NCBI GenBank assembly: GCA_050633305.1
Contig: JBOEGF010000010.1
Location: 480,001-544,000, forward strand
DNA length: 64,000 nucleotides
Source of the DNA: Nannocystales bacterium
GTDB lineage: Bacteria > Myxococcota_A > Polyangia > Nannocystales > Nannocystaceae
Reading direction: 5' to 3'
The position numbers and the translations under genes are program-made. The notes under the pieces are model-generated. The model was not told where the DNA came from. It worked only from the letters and a program-made list of their open reading frames with translations, and made no database searches. Below, one piece after another: positions 1-10,050 of the stretch (position 1 is its first letter; every line of letters begins with the position of its first letter).

Positions 1-973
1 TCTGCTCTCGAAGCGACGCGTCGCTGGCTTGCAGGAGCTGGAGCTCGAGCCGGCGTCCGAGGGCTTGTTCCACCAGGGCGGTGGTGCCCTCGCGCTTGCG
101 GTCGGCGGCGAAGGTGGCGGTGATGTCCTCGCCGAGGCTGAGGGTGGTGGGGTCGGCCGCGATGCGGGCCCCGAGGTCCTCAGCGGCGATGAACACGAAC
201 GCCTCCGCTTCCGCGATACTGCGCTGCGCTGCGGCGAGCTGGGCCTGGAGCCGAAGCACATCGGTCTGTGTGATCGAGCCCGCGCGAAGGCGTGCAGTGG
301 CTTCGTCGATGCGTTTTCCGACGCGAGCCGCGGAGCGGTCCGCGAGCTCGAGGTTGGCCTGCGCTCGAACCCAGTTGTAGTAGGTGATCTGGGCGTCGAC
401 GGTGGAGTCCACCCGGGCAATGTCGCGGGCCAGTTCCGCGGCTCGCTCTCCGTGGCGCGCGGCGGCGACGGCGTGCGGAATGGTGAAGATGTCATCCGAG
501 ACCGGAACCCCAACCGAGGCCGAGAGTGCGTAGGTGTCCTGAATGGCGGCGAACTGAAACGACTGCGAGACCGCGGGAACACCTTGGGAGTCCACGACGC
601 AGCCGGTGGTGCCGTCGGGGCAGGCCCCGACCGCGAGTGGTCCTGGGTTGAGGGTCCCGGTGAGGGCGCCCGAGCTGCCGCCACCGGGGAGCGGGCTCAG
701 CCGCATGTACTGCGCAGAGAGGTCGAGCGCTGGAATGTAGCCGGCGCGGGCTTCGTCGACCCGGGCGGCCGCTGCCTCGAGCTCTGCTGCACGAAGTTCA
801 ACGTCGGGGGCGTCGAGCAGCGCTCGTTGAGCCACACGATCCGCGGTCAGGCCCCCGTCGGTGGGGTGCAGCACCGAGGACACGGTGTCGAGGGGAGCTG
901 CGAGATCGTCGGGACGCGCCTGCGAAGGGGATGGTGGGGCCACCAGGACCAGAGCGAGCAGTGCGGCGATCAT
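1..973 (-). CDS. TolC-family outer membrane efflux protein (partial, runs off window start)
   Basis: Not in the ORF track because it is open at the edge. ATG at 973 overlaps the RND stop (ATGA). Translates MIAALLALVLVAPP...LTADRVAQRALLDAPDVELRAAELEAAAARVDEARAGYIPALDLSAQY, typical of a TolC N-terminus; third gene of an MFP-RND operon. Confidence 0.8.
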   Translation of the reverse strand, partial: MIAALLALVLVAPPSPSQARPDDLAAPLDTVSSVLHPTDGGLTADRVAQRALLDAPDVELRAAELEAAAARVDEARAGYIPALDLSAQYMRLSPLPGGGSSGALTGTLNPGPLAVGACPDGTTGCVVDSQGVPAVSQSFQFAAIQDTYALSASVGVPVSDDIFTIPHAVAAARHGERAAELARDIARVDSTVDAQITYYNWVRAQANLELADRSAARVGKRIDEATARLRAGSITQTDVLRLQAQLAAAQRSIAEAEAFVFIAAEDLGARIAADPTTLSLGEDITATFAADRKREGTTALVEQALGRRLELQLLQASDASLREQ

Positions 974-3900
974 TGGGCTTGTGCCTCCTGTTTGACGTAC
1001 GCGGCCGAGCGGCGAAACAGGACCTTGTACAAAGCGGGGACGACGATGAGCGTGAGAGCGGTCGACGCAGCGAGTCCGCTGATCATGGCCCACGCCAACG
1101 GTGGCCACAGGGAGGTGGCCGACAGCGCGAGCGGCATGAGGCCCGCGATGGTGGTGATCGTGGTGAGCAGGATTGGACGTGCCCGCTTGCGCACCGCATC
1201 GACGAGAGCCTCGTCGAGGCTCGCCCCCTCGTGTCGTCGACGTTCGACAACATCGACCATCACGATGGCGTTGTTGACGACGATACCGACCAGCGCGATC
1301 ACGCCAAGCAGCGACATGAACCCAAAGGGCTGACCTCCAAGGATGAGGCCCGGGATGACGCCCGCAGCAGCGAGAGGAACGGTGGTCATCACAATGCCCA
1401 CCCGGCGGAACGAGTTGAACTCGATCATCAGGAAGCCGATGAGCATCAAGACTCCCAGCGGAAGCGTCTGTAGGAGTGCCGTGTTGGCCTCGTTACTGCC
1501 CTCGTTCTCGCCGCCCACCTCGAGCGTCACGCCCTCGGGCAAGGTCGTGCCCTCGAGCTTTTTCAGCAGCTCGGCCACGATCGCCGCAGAGGTGAAGTTG
1601 GCTTCGACTCCCGAAAGGACGGAGACCTTGCGTTCGCCTTTGTAGTGATAGATCGCCGCGGGTCGCCAGATGACGGAGGTCTGCGCGATCTGAGCCAAGG
1701 GGACCGAAGATGCGGCATCGGGACCGACTTCGAGGGCAGGCAGACCGTCGACCGGGGTGTTCTCGCCTTGCGGTGAGCGAACCATGATGGGGACGGGGTC
1801 CTCGCCGCCGCGGTATTGACCGACGTTGAGTCCGTAGGTGTGGCCTCGCAGGGCGTGTGCAACGTCCATTCGGGTCACGCCGTGGCGTGCGGCCGCTGCA
1901 TCGTCCACGTCGACCTCGATGTTGGGCACACCGAGACCGCCATCGTCCCGAACATCGACAGAGCCGTCGATCGTCCGCAGCTCGCCCATCACGAGTTCGG
2001 CGGCCTGACGAAGCTGACCGAAGTCATCCCCGGTCAGTCGCAGCTCGACGGGGGCGGGCAGTCCTGGGCCTTGTTCCAGTCCGCGTGCGACGACCTGCAC
2101 CTGGGGCATGTCTTCGGCCGCAAACGCACGCACGTGCTCGATGAGCGCCTGGTTCTCCTGCTTGCTCGTGGTGTTGACGACCAGCTGCGCGAAGTGAGGC
2201 GCCCGCGGGATGGTGCTGAGGTTGTAGTAGAAGTGCGGGGCCGATCGCCCGACGAACGCAACGACACTGTGCACGTTGTCTTGGTCCGAGAGGTTGGCCT
2301 CCAGCGCCTGTGCGTAGCTGTCGATCTCGTCGAGGTGCGAGCCCTCGGGCAACTTGAGGTCGATGAGGACCTGGTTGCGGTCCGACGCGGGGAAGAAGCG
2401 CTGCTCGACCATGCCGATCGAGCCAAAGCTTGCCGCGACGACGCCCAGCGCGAGTGCGATGACGATCAGGGGACGACGAATCGAGATGCGACCGACGGTC
2501 CCGGAGACGCGCTCCAGCAACGACTCCTTGCGTACCGCCTTACGCTGCCGCAGCAGCCAGTTTGAAAGCACGGGTGTCACCAGCACCGCGTAGGCGTAGC
2601 TGATGCCCAGCGTCAGCATGATGAGGATGGGGATGGCGCGGGTGAACTCACCGACGCCGCCCTCGGCCAGCAGCATGGGAACAAACGCGGCCATCGTGGT
2701 GCCGGTGGCGGCGCCCAGAGGAAGAGCGAGTTCACGGACCGAGCCCGCCGCCGCGCGCAGCGGCGGTATCCCCTCGTCGATTCGGCCTTGCACGTGCTCT
2801 GCGACGACGATTGCGTTGTCGACGAGCATGCCCAGCGCGATCACCAGCGCGGCGATCGACATCTGGTGAAGCATGCCGCCGGCTGCGGCGTAGAGCGCGA
2901 GCGCGGCGAAGGCCACCAGCGGGATGACGGCGGAGACGACAAGCCCCATCCGGACGCCCATCGCGACACACAGCACCACGGCAACGACGCCGATACCCAT
3001 CAGCAGTGACGTGCCGAGCCCGGCGATGCGAGCCTCGACGCGTTCGGGCTGGAAGATGAGTTCTTCGAGTTGGACCTGGGGGTATCGAGCGCGCAGGCCA
3101 TCTGCCGTCTCGCGCATCGTCTCTCCGAAGTCCACGAGGTTGATGCCCTCTCGTGGCACGACTGCGACCGCCACTGCGGGGACGCCGTCGTGGCGAACGC
3201 GGTCGATCCGTGGGTCAGCCTCGCCAAAGCGGACATCCGCAATTTCATCGAGCGGGACCGTGACCCCGGTGGGCAACACGATCGCGGTCGAGCGCAGCTC
3301 TTGGAGGCTACGGAACTCGGTTCCCGGGCGTAGCGAGGCCATCTTGTCGCCCACACGCACCGCGCCCCCGGGAACCCCGGCGTTGCGGGCATACAGTTGG
3401 TCTCGCAGGAAGACCGGGGTGAGGCCGTATCGGTGCGCCGCGGCGTCGTCGAGCTCGATGGTGAGCTGTTGACCCGGGTCGGCGATCAGCTCGACCTTGG
3501 CGACGTTGGGCGCGGAGAGCAGGTCGTCTTTGATGTCTTGCGCCGCCTGGTGAAGCGTTCCCGAATCTCCAGGTCCGGTGATCGCCCACACGACCGAGGT
3601 TTGGTCCGCGATGCCGCGGTCGAGCACCGCGTCTCCGGCGCCCTCGGGAAACTCTTGCTGCGCCGCTTCGAGAGCGTCTTCGACGTCCTTCCAGGCGTCA
3701 TCGAGGGCGTCGGCGTCGACGCTGTCGCGGAAGACCAACTGCACGCTGCCAAACCCGGCGCGAGCGGTGCCGAAGGTCCGGCGCAGCTCGTCGACTTCGG
3801 CCAGGTGTTCCTCGAGGGGATCGATGATGAGGCTCTCGACCTTCTCGGCGTCGGCGCCCGCAAACTCGACGGACACCAGTGCCCACCGAACGGTCATGTC

Positions 3901-4014
3901 GGGGTCCTCTTGGCGCGGCATGGTCAGCCACGCGAACAGCCCGACCGCCGCCAGAAGGCCTGCGGCGGTCATGATCAGCCGGGACTGGCCCAGCATCTTC
4001 ATGATGGCGTTCAT
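970..4014 (-). CDS. RND efflux transporter permease, AcrB/AcrD/AcrF family
   Basis: 1014 aa; PRQEDP start motif, GMLVDNAIVV, GIVVNNAIV, RARPILLTT motifs; 12-TM layout. Confidence 0.95.
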   Translation of the reverse strand: MNAIMKMLGQSRLIMTAAGLLAAVGLFAWLTMPRQEDPDMTVRWALVSVEFAGADAEKVESLIIDPLEEHLAEVDELRRTFGTARAGFGSVQLVFRDSVDADALDDAWKDVEDALEAAQQEFPEGAGDAVLDRGIADQTSVVWAITGPGDSGTLHQAAQDIKDDLLSAPNVAKVELIADPGQQLTIELDDAAAHRYGLTPVFLRDQLYARNAGVPGGAVRVGDKMASLRPGTEFRSLQELRSTAIVLPTGVTVPLDEIADVRFGEADPRIDRVRHDGVPAVAVAVVPREGINLVDFGETMRETADGLRARYPQVQLEELIFQPERVEARIAGLGTSLLMGIGVVAVVLCVAMGVRMGLVVSAVIPLVAFAALALYAAAGGMLHQMSIAALVIALGMLVDNAIVVAEHVQGRIDEGIPPLRAAAGSVRELALPLGAATGTTMAAFVPMLLAEGGVGEFTRAIPILIMLTLGISYAYAVLVTPVLSNWLLRQRKAVRKESLLERVSGTVGRISIRRPLIVIALALGVVAASFGSIGMVEQRFFPASDRNQVLIDLKLPEGSHLDEIDSYAQALEANLSDQDNVHSVVAFVGRSAPHFYYNLSTIPRAPHFAQLVVNTTSKQENQALIEHVRAFAAEDMPQVQVVARGLEQGPGLPAPVELRLTGDDFGQLRQAAELVMGELRTIDGSVDVRDDGGLGVPNIEVDVDDAAAARHGVTRMDVAHALRGHTYGLNVGQYRGGEDPVPIMVRSPQGENTPVDGLPALEVGPDAASSVPLAQIAQTSVIWRPAAIYHYKGERKVSVLSGVEANFTSAAIVAELLKKLEGTTLPEGVTLEVGGENEGSNEANTALLQTLPLGVLMLIGFLMIEFNSFRRVGIVMTTVPLAAAGVIPGLILGGQPFGFMSLLGVIALVGIVVNNAIVMVDVVERRRHEGASLDEALVDAVRKRARPILLTTITTIAGLMPLALSATSLWPPLAWAMISGLAASTALTLIVVPALYKVLFRRSAAYVKQEAQAQ

Positions 4015-5099
4015 CGTTGCACCTGGACCGTTTGCCCGGGGACGAGTCCGAAATGACCGGCGCTGACGACCTGCTCGCCGGCGGTCAGCCCCTGCGTGAC
4101 CAGAGCGTCCACGCCCAGCAGCTGGGAGACCTCGACGGAGCGGCGCTGCGCGAGTCCGGCGTCGTCGATGACAAACACGGTCGTCTGACCGCCTCCTGCA
4201 TCGACGACGGATGACACCGGGACTGTGACCCCGGACTGGCCTTGTCGGGAGAGCACGAAGTCCGCCGTCATCCCCGGGATGAGGTCGGCGTCAGAGGGCA
4301 GCGCGACGACGACCGGAAAGAGGCGGCCCGCCCCTTCGCCCCCATGCCCGATCGATTCGATGCGTCCGGTGATGCGTTCTCCCTTCTGCAGCGGGAGGGT
4401 GAGCTGGGCGGTGTCGCCGACCCCGATGTCGGCGAGGACGGTCTCGGGCACCTGGACCTCGACCTCGAGCGCGTCCCCGTTGATCTGGACGACGGACTGT
4501 CCGGCCCCGACGAACTCGCCCGGCTCGGCGTTGACCCGAACGACCGTGCCCGTGAACGGGCTACGGATGATGCCGTCCCGGTGCACGCGGTTCGCCTCGT
4601 CGAGCTCGACTTGGGCGGCATCGCGGGAGACGGAGTACATGGAGACCGCGTGGGCGGCGGATTCGAGCTCCGCTTGTGATGCGGCTCGGTCGGCTGCGAG
4701 CTGGTCGGCGCGCGTGTGGTCTCGTTTCCCCTGCGCGAGTTGCTCGCGCGCCTGCCGAATGCCGGCCTTGGCGCGCGCGATGCGGTTGGAGGCCCCACGG
4801 CGGTCGAGGGCGGCGATCACGGCCCCCGCTTCGACCCGGTCACCGACCTCGACCCAGCGTTTCTGGACCCGGCCTGGCCCGGTGAACGAAAGCTTGGCCG
4901 CGCGCTTCGCTCGGACCACCCCGGAGAACCGAAGCTCGTGTGCGGTCTCGGACGCGGTGGCTTGCGACACGACCACGCTCTTCTGCGTCTTCTCGGGGCT
5001 CTCCGCGACGGCCGCATCGGACGACGGCATCAAGGGAAACGCGAGCGCACCGGCCACGGCGACCAGGGCGAGAACTCCAAGCGGCTTGCGGGGATTCAT
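4011..5099 (-). CDS. RND efflux periplasmic adaptor (membrane fusion protein)
   Basis: N-terminal anchor, lipoyl halves (GRV...VEVGDRVEAG; IRSPFTGTV), helical hairpin, GLTAGEQVV; ATGA-coupled to the RND gene. Confidence 0.93.
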   Translation of the reverse strand: MNPRKPLGVLALVAVAGALAFPLMPSSDAAVAESPEKTQKSVVVSQATASETAHELRFSGVVRAKRAAKLSFTGPGRVQKRWVEVGDRVEAGAVIAALDRRGASNRIARAKAGIRQAREQLAQGKRDHTRADQLAADRAASQAELESAAHAVSMYSVSRDAAQVELDEANRVHRDGIIRSPFTGTVVRVNAEPGEFVGAGQSVVQINGDALEVEVQVPETVLADIGVGDTAQLTLPLQKGERITGRIESIGHGGEGAGRLFPVVVALPSDADLIPGMTADFVLSRQGQSGVTVPVSSVVDAGGGQTTVFVIDDAGLAQRRSVEVSQLLGVDALVTQGLTAGEQVVSAGHFGLVPGQTVQVQR

Positions 5100-5138
5100 C
5101 AGGACCTCACGAGCAAGCTAGGTCTCGGACCGGGGAGG

Positions 5139-5223
5139 CGCTGTGGGTCGAACGGCGAATTTCGAGGCGAAACCGGCCGGTCGCACGCTGATCCGCCCAA
5201 AATACGCCGTTTGGCGAACGGCG
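5139..5223. promoter_or_regulatory. Two copies of palindrome CGCCGTT-N5-AACGGCG (putative operator)
   Basis: Perfect copy at 5205-5223; degenerate copy CGCTGTG-GGTCG-AACGGCG at 5139-5157; lies between divergent efflux and regulator genes. Confidence 0.45.
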
Positions 5224-5257
5224 ATTCGCCGGGGCCGCTCGTAGGATCGGTGGGGCA

Positions 5258-5494
5258 ATGACGAGCGCTCCGGTCAGCGAAACTTCAGACGGCGCCGCGA
5301 CGTACCGAATCTGCGTGAAGGGGCACTTCGGCCGGGGATTGCGCGCGGCACTGGAGCCGCTCAAGGCGTGCGAGGTGCACGGCCGTACCGTATTCGAGGG
5401 ATTGGTACGCGATCAGGCCGCGTTGTATGGCCTGCTTCGGCGTCTCGAAGGCACCGGATGCACGCTACTGTCGGTGCTCAAGGTCGACGAGTGA
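5258..5494 (+). CDS. Small conserved hypothetical protein (ACT-like) associated with MalT-like regulators
   Basis: 78 aa, YRICVKGH...[15 protein letters not shown]...G..LLSV pattern; stop overlaps the next GTG (GTGA). Confidence 0.7.
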   Translation: MTSAPVSETSDGAATYRICVKGHFGRGLRAALEPLKACEVHGRTVFEGLVRDQAALYGLLRRLEGTGCTLLSVLKVDE

Positions 5495-8274
5495 GCAGAG
5501 GCGTGCATACGAGAACGGGACCGGTGGTCCAGCTACGCAGGGTCGAGGGCGCGAACGACCCCACTTCGGCGCGGACGCTAGAGCCGCGACTGCTCGCCAC
5601 GAAGCTGTTCGTCCCGGTGACCCGTGCTGCGTGTGTGCCGCGGAAGCGATTGCAGGCCTTGCTCGACCAGGGCACCAAGGGTCCGCTCACGTTGTTGTCG
5701 GCTCCGGCGGGCAGCGGCAAGACAACGCTCGTCGCAAACTGGCTGCGCACCGCGGATCGGTCGGCCGCGTGGTTCTCGCTCGATGAGCGCGACAACGACC
5801 TGGCGCGGTTCTTGCGCTACTTCGTGGCCGCGATCGAACGACTCCATGGGGGCTTCGGTGACGACCTCTTGTCGGAACCCAAGGCCGCGTCCGTCGAGGA
5901 CCCGCTCGATCTCGCCACCGACCTGATCAACGAAGTTGCGTCGCTGGGGGTCCCACTGGTCGTCGTTCTCGATGATGTCCACGTGCTCGACGATCCCCGC
6001 GTGCACGAGGTCTTGGCGTTCTTGGTCGATGCGTGCCCGCCGAACCTGCACCTGGTGATGACCACCCGAGCCGACCCCGCGTTGCCGCTCAGCCGGATGC
6101 GCGCGCGAGGATTGCTCACCGAGGTCCGGGCGCCCGAGCTTCGGTTCACGCAGGATGAGACGAGCGCGTTCTTCGGGGATGTCATGGGCGTGGCGCTGAC
6201 GACTGAGCAAGTCAGCCAGCTCGAGTCCCGTACCGAGGGGTGGGCGGTCGGACTTCAGATGGCCGCGCTCTCGCTACAAGGCCGAGAAGACGCGAGTACG
6301 TTCATCGAGGGGTTCGCGGGAAGCCACCGCTACGTTCTCGACTACCTGATGGATGAGGTCCTGCAGAGGTTGCCGGAGGACAGCCGGACGTTCTTGGTGC
6401 AGACCTCGATCTTGCGGCAGCTCACCGGGCCGCTCGTGGACGCGGTGACGGAGCGAACCGACGGGGCCGCGGTTCTGAGCAGCCTGGAGCGCAGCAATGT
6501 GTTTACTGTGCCGCTCGACAGCCGGCGCACCGCGTACCGCTACCATCATCTTTTTGGCACGTTGCTTCGGCACGAACTCGAAGCCACGGTTTCGCGGGAG
6601 ACGCTTCAGGGCCTGCACGGGCGGGCGAGCCGTGCGCTGGAGGCTCAGGGACAGTGCGAAGACGCCGTCGAGCACGCCTTGCTCGCCGAGGACTATGACC
6701 GGGCGAGCGAGTTGTTGATCCCGCTCGTCATGAGCTCCACGATTCGCGGGGAGAGTCATGCGCTAGAGAGGCTTCTGGTTCGCTTCCCATCGGCATACTC
6801 CGATTCCAACCCGCGAGTTGCCCTCCTCGAAGCTTGGCTCGACTACTACTCGTTCAAGTACTCCTCGGCATCGGTTCGACTCCAGGACTTGCGGGATTGT
6901 CAGCGCGCAACGACCGGGCCCGGGCTCGACGCCGAGATCGAGCTGCTGATCGGCATGGTGGCGATGGAAGGTGGGGACCTCGAGCTCGCCGCGCAAGCCC
7001 TGCACCACATCGATGCGTTGCCTACGGACCGGCCGTACCTCCATGCGTTCAAGTCGATGCATCGCGCTGTGCTGGCGATGATGCAGGACCGACTGGGGGA
7101 CGCACGCACCGAGCTCGAACGCACGCGCCAAGCCGTCCGCAAGACCGGCGACCCGTACGCTGAGATGTGGGTGGACTGGCAGTGCGCCCACGTGGACCTG
7201 CTGCGCGGGGCGCTTGACGTGTCTCGTCGCGCCCACGAGATCTTGCTGCAGGTTGCGATGGATGAGTTCGGCGGGGCCCCTCCCAGCAGCGCACTTGTGG
7301 GTTTCGGGACCGCGATCTACTTGGCCCTCCACCAACACGACATTCCGAGGGCAACCGAGTTGGTGGCGACGGCCACTGCGTTCGGCAAGGGCCTCGATCG
7401 CAAGCACGGCTACGCATCCTGCCTGCTGATGCCGCGGGCGCTGACGGAGGTTCAGTCGGGCAAAGGCGGGGATTGGCAGGGGACGATCGACCAAGCGATT
7501 CGGCACCTCGATGCGCTGGACTCTCCAATGTCCGTCTCGCGGATCGAGGCCCAGCGGGTCCGGTTGGCTCTTCATCCTCGGGCGGGCGTCGAGCCGAAGC
7601 AGGACGCTGAGCGTTGGCTCCGGGTCCCCGGGATTCGGGAGGGAAGCCACGAGGTCTACAAGCCGAACCCGATGCCCGGTGTTCAAGTGGACCACCCTCG
7701 CTTCGTGCTCGCGCGTTGCCTGGCCGTACTGGGCGAGTTTGATGAAGCTCTCGAAGCGGTCGACGACTGCATCGCCCGTTCGTCGGCAGCTGGGCGGCGA
7801 ACCTGCGAGGTTGAAGGGGAACTCCTGCGCGCCGAGATTCACGTGTTTCAGGGGGCGGTGCCCGACCTTCAGCGTGCGGTCGAACTCGCCGCGGCGGTCG
7901 GCTTGGTCGGGCCGTTTGTGGAGTTTGAGCGGACCGTCATGTCGCCCGCGATCGAGGAAGCGGAGCGACAAGGTGCTCGCACCTTCGCTGCACAGCTTCG
8001 TGCTGCCCAGTGCCCGGGCGTCGGTCCCTCTGCCACCACTCGGATCGAGATCAAACCCGAGGTTGCGGCACCGGCCGAGGCGCTCTCGGAGCGCGAGTTG
8101 GAGGTGCTTGGGTTGATCGCGGTGGGGATGTCCAACGCAGAGGCGTCTCGCAAACTCTTCATCGCCCCCAGTACCGTCAAGAAACACCTCGAGCACATCT
8201 ACGGAAAGCTCGGGGTCAACCGCCGGACACAAGCGGTGGCGAGAGCTCGGGCGCTGGGCGTGCTCGAGGGGTGA
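5491..8274 (+). CDS. MalT-like ATP-dependent LuxR-family transcriptional regulator
   Basis: LLATKL..P, Walker [33 protein letters not shown]-like region, C-terminal LuxR HTH (LSERELEVL). Start placed at coupled GTG 5491. Confidence 0.92.
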   Translation: MSRGVHTRTGPVVQLRRVEGANDPTSARTLEPRLLATKLFVPVTRAACVPRKRLQALLDQGTKGPLTLLSAPAGSGKTTLVANWLRTADRSAAWFSLDERDNDLARFLRYFVAAIERLHGGFGDDLLSEPKAASVEDPLDLATDLINEVASLGVPLVVVLDDVHVLDDPRVHEVLAFLVDACPPNLHLVMTTRADPALPLSRMRARGLLTEVRAPELRFTQDETSAFFGDVMGVALTTEQVSQLESRTEGWAVGLQMAALSLQGREDASTFIEGFAGSHRYVLDYLMDEVLQRLPEDSRTFLVQTSILRQLTGPLVDAVTERTDGAAVLSSLERSNVFTVPLDSRRTAYRYHHLFGTLLRHELEATVSRETLQGLHGRASRALEAQGQCEDAVEHALLAEDYDRASELLIPLVMSSTIRGESHALERLLVRFPSAYSDSNPRVALLEAWLDYYSFKYSSASVRLQDLRDCQRATTGPGLDAEIELLIGMVAMEGGDLELAAQALHHIDALPTDRPYLHAFKSMHRAVLAMMQDRLGDARTELERTRQAVRKTGDPYAEMWVDWQCAHVDLLRGALDVSRRAHEILLQVAMDEFGGAPPSSALVGFGTAIYLALHQHDIPRATELVATATAFGKGLDRKHGYASCLLMPRALTEVQSGKGGDWQGTIDQAIRHLDALDSPMSVSRIEAQRVRLALHPRAGVEPKQDAERWLRVPGIREGSHEVYKPNPMPGVQVDHPRFVLARCLAVLGEFDEALEAVDDCIARSSAAGRRTCEVEGELLRAEIHVFQGAVPDLQRAVELAAAVGLVGPFVEFERTVMSPAIEEAERQGARTFAAQLRAAQCPGVGPSATTRIEIKPEVAAPAEALSERELEVLGLIAVGMSNAEASRKLFIAPSTVKKHLEHIYGKLGVNRRTQAVARARALGVLEG

Positions 8275-8292
8275 GTGTCCCCGGGCCTCGGT

Positions 8293-8982
8293 TCAGCTGC
8301 GAGAATCCTTCTCGTCGATGCCGCTGAGCCCGAAGCGTCGGGCGAACTCGGCGGCCACATCGGCCCACTGCGCGTCTCGTGCGGCGAGTCCGACCATCGT
8401 GTGGAAAACCAGGTCTGCGGCTTCGGACACGACGCGATCTGCCGTTTCTCCACGCATCGCGGCAATCAGCTCTTCGGCCTCTTCGGTGACCTTGGACGCG
8501 ATCTTCTCCACACCTTTGTCGAGAAGCGACCGGACGTAACTCTTCCCCTCCTTGTTTGTCGCGCCGCGCCCCGCTTTGCGGTCGAGAATGACCGCAAACA
8601 CGCGTTCGAGGGCGTTGCCGCGCGGCCCATCATCATTGGCCCCTTCGGGGAGAACCGGCGCAAAGAAGCAGCTGGTCGTCCCGGTGTGGCACGTCGGCCC
8701 CCGAGGCAGGGCGAGCGCCAGCAAGGCATCGCGGTCGCAGTCGGTCCGGAGCTCGACGAGCTCCAGCGTGTTGCCCGAACTCTCTCCCTTCTCCCAGAGC
8801 GTCTGCCTGGACCGACTGAAGAACGTCACGTGGCCGCTTCGAGCACTGGCGGCCACGGCCTCTGCATTCATGTAACCGACCATGAGAACTTGGCCCGAAC
8901 GCGCGTGCTGCACCACGCAGACCACGAGGCCACGCTCGTCGGGCTTGAGGCTGGACCACACGGCGTCGGCGTCAAACGACAT
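8293..8982 (-). CDS. hisIE: Bifunctional phosphoribosyl-AMP cyclohydrolase / phosphoribosyl-ATP pyrophosphatase
   Basis: FSRSRQTLWEKGESSGN, DCDRDALL, CHTGTTSCF, KVTEEAEE, EAADLVFH; start at ATG 8982 (MSFDAD). Confidence 0.95.
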   Translation of the reverse strand: MSFDADAVWSSLKPDERGLVVCVVQHARSGQVLMVGYMNAEAVAASARSGHVTFFSRSRQTLWEKGESSGNTLELVELRTDCDRDALLALALPRGPTCHTGTTSCFFAPVLPEGANDDGPRGNALERVFAVILDRKAGRGATNKEGKSYVRSLLDKGVEKIASKVTEEAEELIAAMRGETADRVVSEAADLVFHTMVGLAARDAQWADVAAEFARRFGLSGIDEKDSRS

Positions 8983-9077
8983 GCTGCGCGTTGTACCGCG
9001 GGCCGTGTGGCCGCGGGGGCTGAAGGGTGCAGCGGGCCGGGACGAAAACCAGGCCGAGCTTGGTACTCTGAGTTCAC

Positions 9078-10037
9078 GTGAGCCTGGGCGCAAGCGGTGG
9101 GGTGTCGGTCCGGGCGGGACCGTCGGCCAAGGTGAAGAGCCGGAGGGTCCGGGTGCGACGCGAGCGGGTGCGCGACGATGAGGACGATGAGGTCGTCCGG
9201 GCGACAGGTGCGATCTTGTGCTCCGAATGCGGTCGGTTGGGCTGGCCGGACTCCGGCGCCGCGTCGCCGCACCGCGCATCGGACCACGCTCCGCAACGGG
9301 CCGAGTGCCCGCACTGCCAGTCTCAGGCGTGGATCGACCTACGGCGGGAGTCGACGGCGATCGCGATTCGCGAAGGCGAGCAAGGTTTGGCCGCCGCAGA
9401 GTCGGCATCGGTGGATATCTTGCGCAAGGCGAGCCTGGGCGTCGTCGTCGGCTCGTTTGTCGGCATTTTGGCGACGAGCTCCTTGTTGGCCGGACTGTGC
9501 TCCGCCCTCCTGGCGGGGATTGCAGGTGGGCTGGCGGGCGTCCGCCTCCGAAAGATGTCCGCGCCACCCGAGCGGACGCTGCCCGATCGGTGGTCCCTTG
9601 CCCTGCCGCCCGCAACGGAGGGCACGACCACGGTCGAAGGCGAGGCCTCGGACGTCGAGTTTTTGCGAAGCCCGATCTCGGGCCGGGCCTGTGTCGCGTA
9701 TGAGGTCGGCTTGCGCGCAGACCTCAACGGCGCCGGTGAGTTGCCGACGTGGGCTCTGCTCGAGCAGGGCGTCGCGTCGATGAGCATCTCGGGGACGGTT
9801 GTAGACCCAGCCGCGACCTTCGTTGAACTCCAGCGAGAACCGCTTGGAGAACTCGCTCCCGACGCCTTGGATGCCGCGGCCTTGGAGTGGCTGCTCGAGC
9901 GGGGATTCAGTCCGGTAGGGTCGAATCTGGTCGTGTTCGAGTCGGTGCTTTTGCCGGAGGGAAGGCTGTCCTTGTCTCTGTCACCGCAGGGCGCCGTGTT
10001 GCGGGCTGCGAGCACGGCGCTGCAGCGGCAGCAGTAG
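9078..10037 (+). CDS. Hypothetical membrane protein with zinc ribbon and GIDE-like C-terminal region
   Basis: CSECG...CPHC, two hydrophobic helices, LRSPISGRACVAYEV motif; start uncertain. Confidence 0.55.
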   Translation: MSLGASGGVSVRAGPSAKVKSRRVRVRRERVRDDEDDEVVRATGAILCSECGRLGWPDSGAASPHRASDHAPQRAECPHCQSQAWIDLRRESTAIAIREGEQGLAAAESASVDILRKASLGVVVGSFVGILATSSLLAGLCSALLAGIAGGLAGVRLRKMSAPPERTLPDRWSLALPPATEGTTTVEGEASDVEFLRSPISGRACVAYEVGLRADLNGAGELPTWALLEQGVASMSISGTVVDPAATFVELQREPLGELAPDALDAAALEWLLERGFSPVGSNLVVFESVLLPEGRLSLSLSPQGAVLRAASTALQRQQ

Positions 10038-10050
10038 CCCCGGGAGAGGC

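Noticed and set aside
29..1333. 434-aa plus-strand ORF, and similar long ORFs (e.g. 6763-8232, 45858-47567, 49629-51299, 51731-53533)
   Set aside because: Antisense shadows of well-supported genes; expected in high-GC DNA, with no recognisable motifs.
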